From assembly GCA_963822445.1 (NCBI GenBank), contig CAWGHO010000003.1, positions 736,001 through 800,000 on the forward strand: a stretch of 64,000 bases of DNA. The letters are read 5' to 3'. How positions within the stretch are numbered: position 1 is the first letter of the stretch; each line of letters starts with the position of its first letter. Below the pieces are notes generated by a model, which did no database searches, was not told the DNA's origin, and was given only the letters and a program-made list of their open reading frames with translations. This DNA is from an uncultured Acidobacteriota bacterium. Lineage in GTDB: Bacteria > Acidobacteriota > Thermoanaerobaculia > Gp7-AA8. Positions 61,073 to 64,000 of the stretch are shown piece after piece. A program made the translations under genes and the position numbers.

Positions 61073-61543
61073 TTAGGCCGTCGCGTCCCTCGCCTCCGGC
61101 CACGCCAGCGCCGCGAGAAACCCAGGAACCTCCCTCTCGAGCCACCACGAGTTCGCCGATGCAACATCCAGCAACTCCCTCGCAAGCACCGCATCGACGC
61201 TCTTCCCATCCCGCGCCGCCATCCGCTCCAACGCCACCACTTCCAACCGCGGGATCCGCACTTCCAGCTCTGTCAACCGCAGCAACTCCGGAATCGTCTC
61301 CGCGACATCTGCCCCAAGCGCCTCCTCGACGACCTCCTGAGACCAGAAGTCGATCCCGAACGACACCAGCTCCGACCACGGCACCGCGAGCCCCTCGTCG
61401 GTATCCACGCCTTCGAGCTCACCCGTCTCCATCCACCCGCGCACGTCACGGGCGTCCATGCCGAGCAGGATCGCCGCTTCGGTGATCGAGTAGGTGGGTT
61501 TGGGTTCGAGGAAAAGGCGGCGGATGGCGGAAGCGTCGGGCAT
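61073..61543 (-). CDS. HTH (excisionase/MerR-like) hypothetical DNA-binding protein
   Basis: YSITEAAILLGMDARDVRGWMETGEL; SD AAGGAG. Confidence 0.7.
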   Translation of the reverse strand: MPDASAIRRLFLEPKPTYSITEAAILLGMDARDVRGWMETGELEGVDTDEGLAVPWSELVSFGIDFWSQEVVEEALGADVAETIPELLRLTELEVRIPRLEVVALERMAARDGKSVDAVLARELLDVASANSWWLEREVPGFLAALAWPEARDATA

Positions 61544-61634
61544 GAATGCGACTCCTTTGCGTGTCTTTCACGCGTGCAAGTGATACTCATAGTAGGTGGA
61601 GTGTTCGGCCCGCGCAAGTCCAAATGCGACACGA

Positions 61635-61877
61635 ATGCGCGACGAGATCCTCCGCCTCTTCGGCGAACGCCTCCGCGAGCTGCGTACGGGGCGAAATCTC
61701 TCCCAGGAGGCACTCGCCGAGCTGGCCGGTCTCGACCGGAACTACATCGGCCAGATCGAGCGCGCCGAGCGGAACGTGGCACTCGTGAACATCGTCAAGA
61801 TCGCGAAGGCACTCGAGATCGAGCCGGGTTCGTTGTTTCAGCCGTTTACGCAGCAGCGTCTCGCGAAACTCGGGTAA
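61635..61877 (+). CDS. XRE-family HTH protein (R-M controller-like)
   Basis: FGERLRELR...SQEALAELAGLDRNYIGQIERAERNVAL. Confidence 0.88.
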   Translation: MRDEILRLFGERLRELRTGRNLSQEALAELAGLDRNYIGQIERAERNVALVNIVKIAKALEIEPGSLFQPFTQQRLAKLG

Positions 61878-62003
61878 TCCCGGGCAATCCGTCCGGGACT
61901 GAGCTCTCCGCCACACCACCGTTCGCGGAAAGTTGGTAATCTTCGCCCGGTCCATGCACCGCATTTCGTCATACGCGCTCCGCCGTCGCGGAGAGGAGAT
62001 CCA

Positions 62004-63551
62004 TTGCTCACGGGAGAGATCCGCAATCAGGTCGACGCCATCTGGAACACCTTCTGGTCGGGAGGCATCGCCAATCCGCTGGAAGTGATCGAGCAGATCA
62101 CCTATCTGCTGTTCATCCGCCGCCTCGACGACCTGCAGCTCAACGAGGAATCGAAGGCCGCGCGCCTCGGCACGCCGGTCGAGCGCCGGATCTTTCCGGC
62201 CGGGAACGACGGCCATCCGGCGAGCCCGCGGCCGTACGACGACTACCGCTGGTCGCGCTTCCGCCACTTCGAGGCAAAGGAAATGTACGACCTCGTCGCC
62301 GACCGCGTGTTCCCCTTCCTCCGCTCGATGGGCGGCGAAGGCTCGACCTACGCCCAGCACATGAAGGACGCCCGCTTCACGATCCCAAAGCCGGCCCTGC
62401 TGACCAAGGTCGTCGATCTGATCAGCAACCTTCCGATGGAGGAGCGCGACACGAAAGGCGACCTCTATGAGTACATGCTCGGCAAGATCGCCACGGCCGG
62501 GCAGAACGGGCAGTTCCGCACGCCGCGCCACATCATCCGGCTGATGGTGGAGATGGTCGCGCCGACGCCCGGCGACGTCGTGTGCGATCCCGCCTGTGGC
62601 ACGGCGGGCTTTCTCGTCGCGGTGGGCGAGTACCTGCGCGAACGCCATCCGGAGCTCTTCCGCGACGACAAGAAGCGCCGGCACTTCCACGAGGAGCTCT
62701 TTCACGGTTTCGACTTCGACAGCACCATGCTGCGTATCGGCAGCATGAACATGCTCCTGCACGGCGTGGAACACCCCGACCTGACCTATCGCGATTCCCT
62801 CTCCCAGGATCACGCCGGCGAGGAGGAAAAGTACACGCTCGTCCTGGCCAATCCGCCGTTCGCAGGCTCGCTCGACTACGAAGGGACGGCCAAGGACCTG
62901 TTGGCGATTGTGAAGACGAAGAAGACCGAGCTGCTCTTCCTGGCCCTTTTCCTGAAACTCCTCAAGCCCGGCGGCCGCGCGGCGGTGATCGTGCCCGAGG
63001 GCGTGCTGTTCGGCTCGAGCAAGGCCCACAAGGAGCTGCGGCGGATGCTGGTCGAGGATCAGAAGCTCGACGCCGTGATCTCGCTCCCGAGCGGTGTCTT
63101 CAAGCCGTACGCGGGCGTGTCCACGGCCATCCTGCTCTTCACCAAGACCAATTCCGGCGGAACGGATGCGGTGTGGTTCTACGACGTCGACGCCGACGGC
63201 TGGAGCCTCGACGACAAGCGCACGCCGCTTCTAGCCGAGGAGAAACTCGGCGCCATTCCGAAGGCGCCCCTGTACGAAGACGAGCACGCGAAGAACAACC
63301 TCCCCGACGTCCTTGCGCGCTGGCGCGAACGCGACGGTGCGGAGCGCGAGCGGCCCCGCACCGCGCAGAGCTTCAGCGTGCCGAAGGGGGAAATCGTTGC
63401 GCAAGGCTACGACCTCTCAGTCAATCGATACGAAGAAGTGGTGCACGAGGAGATCAACCATCGCCCGCCGAAGGAGATCCTCGCCGAGTTGACGACTATC
63501 GAGGCGGAGATTCAGCAGGCGATGCGTGAGTTGGAGGAAATGCTGGCGTGA
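62004..63551 (+). CDS. hsdM: Type I R-M methyltransferase subunit
   Basis: GQFRTPRHII, DPACGTAGFL, ANPPF. Confidence 0.95.
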   Translation: MLTGEIRNQVDAIWNTFWSGGIANPLEVIEQITYLLFIRRLDDLQLNEESKAARLGTPVERRIFPAGNDGHPASPRPYDDYRWSRFRHFEAKEMYDLVADRVFPFLRSMGGEGSTYAQHMKDARFTIPKPALLTKVVDLISNLPMEERDTKGDLYEYMLGKIATAGQNGQFRTPRHIIRLMVEMVAPTPGDVVCDPACGTAGFLVAVGEYLRERHPELFRDDKKRRHFHEELFHGFDFDSTMLRIGSMNMLLHGVEHPDLTYRDSLSQDHAGEEEKYTLVLANPPFAGSLDYEGTAKDLLAIVKTKKTELLFLALFLKLLKPGGRAAVIVPEGVLFGSSKAHKELRRMLVEDQKLDAVISLPSGVFKPYAGVSTAILLFTKTNSGGTDAVWFYDVDADGWSLDDKRTPLLAEEKLGAIPKAPLYEDEHAKNNLPDVLARWRERDGAERERPRTAQSFSVPKGEIVAQGYDLSVNRYEEVVHEEINHRPPKEILAELTTIEAEIQQAMRELEEMLA

Positions 63552-64000
63552 GCGGAGAGTTTGCCGAGTTGGGGTCGCTAGCCGACTTTGTAAATGGGGC
63601 CGCGTTTACACCTGATGATTGGTCCGAGGACGGTAAGCGCATTATCCGCATCCAGAACCTTACCGACGCTGGCAAACCATTCAATCGAACAACTCGCGAA
63701 GTTCCTGCGCGGTTGCATGTTCAACCGGGTGATCTTCTAGTTTCTTGGTCGGCTTCACTCGGCGTGTTTGAGTGGGCAGGACCTGACGTTGCGCTCCTCA
63801 ATCAGCATATCTTTCGGGTTCTCCCGAATGAGCGAAAGGTTGACAAGCGATATTTACGACACGGGCTTGAGCGCGCACTCCGCGAGATGCAGCGGCACCT
63901 TCACGGCGCAACCATGCAACACGTGAATCGTGGCGAGTTTTTGTCGACCAGACTATTCACGCCGCCTCTCGCCGAGCAGCGGCGGATTGCGGAGATCCTT
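63548..64000 (+). CDS. hsdS: Type I R-M specificity subunit, partial
   Basis: GTGA overlap; hand translation ...IIRIQNL...GDLLVSWSASLG...NQHIF...PPLAEQRRIAEIL; lower-GC TRD. Confidence 0.92.
   Translation, partial: MSGEFAELGSLADFVNGAAFTPDDWSEDGKRIIRIQNLTDAGKPFNRTTREVPARLHVQPGDLLVSWSASLGVFEWAGPDVALLNQHIFRVLPNERKVDKRYLRHGLERALREMQRHLHGATMQHVNRGEFLSTRLFTPPLAEQRRIAEIL

Overview
GC-rich bacterial chromosome segment. The gene content (three Hanks kinases with TolB-like/TPR tails, a TonB receptor, many secreted peptidases) suggests Acidobacteriota, possibly Thermoanaerobaculia; this is inference only. About 55 CDS, no rRNA, tRNA or CRISPR recognised. Main points: (1) a complete IS1111-type IS110 element inserted at an AG core inside a REP palindrome, with a 3' non-coding RNA whose loops match its own target and donor sites (bridge/seek RNA); (2) a heme-oxygenase-like ABM + bilin-globin/B12 photoreceptor + histidine kinase operon; (3) a regulator-uppS-DUF2236 operon that shares a palindromic operator-like motif with ispH 23 kb away, suggesting an isoprenoid regulon; (4) a translationally coupled Ser/Thr kinase + glycosyltransferases + Zn-finger/Tyr-Asp-tail protein operon of unknown function; (5) several REP-like palindrome families that sit in frame inside genes, next to gene truncations and against leaderless -10 boxes; (6) an AT-richer 21-bp tandem array before a controller-like XRE gene and a type I R-M locus (hsdM, partial hsdS). 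Clustered indels at 20.5-23.5 kb look like sequencing errors. All calls come from reading motifs by eye; no searches were run.
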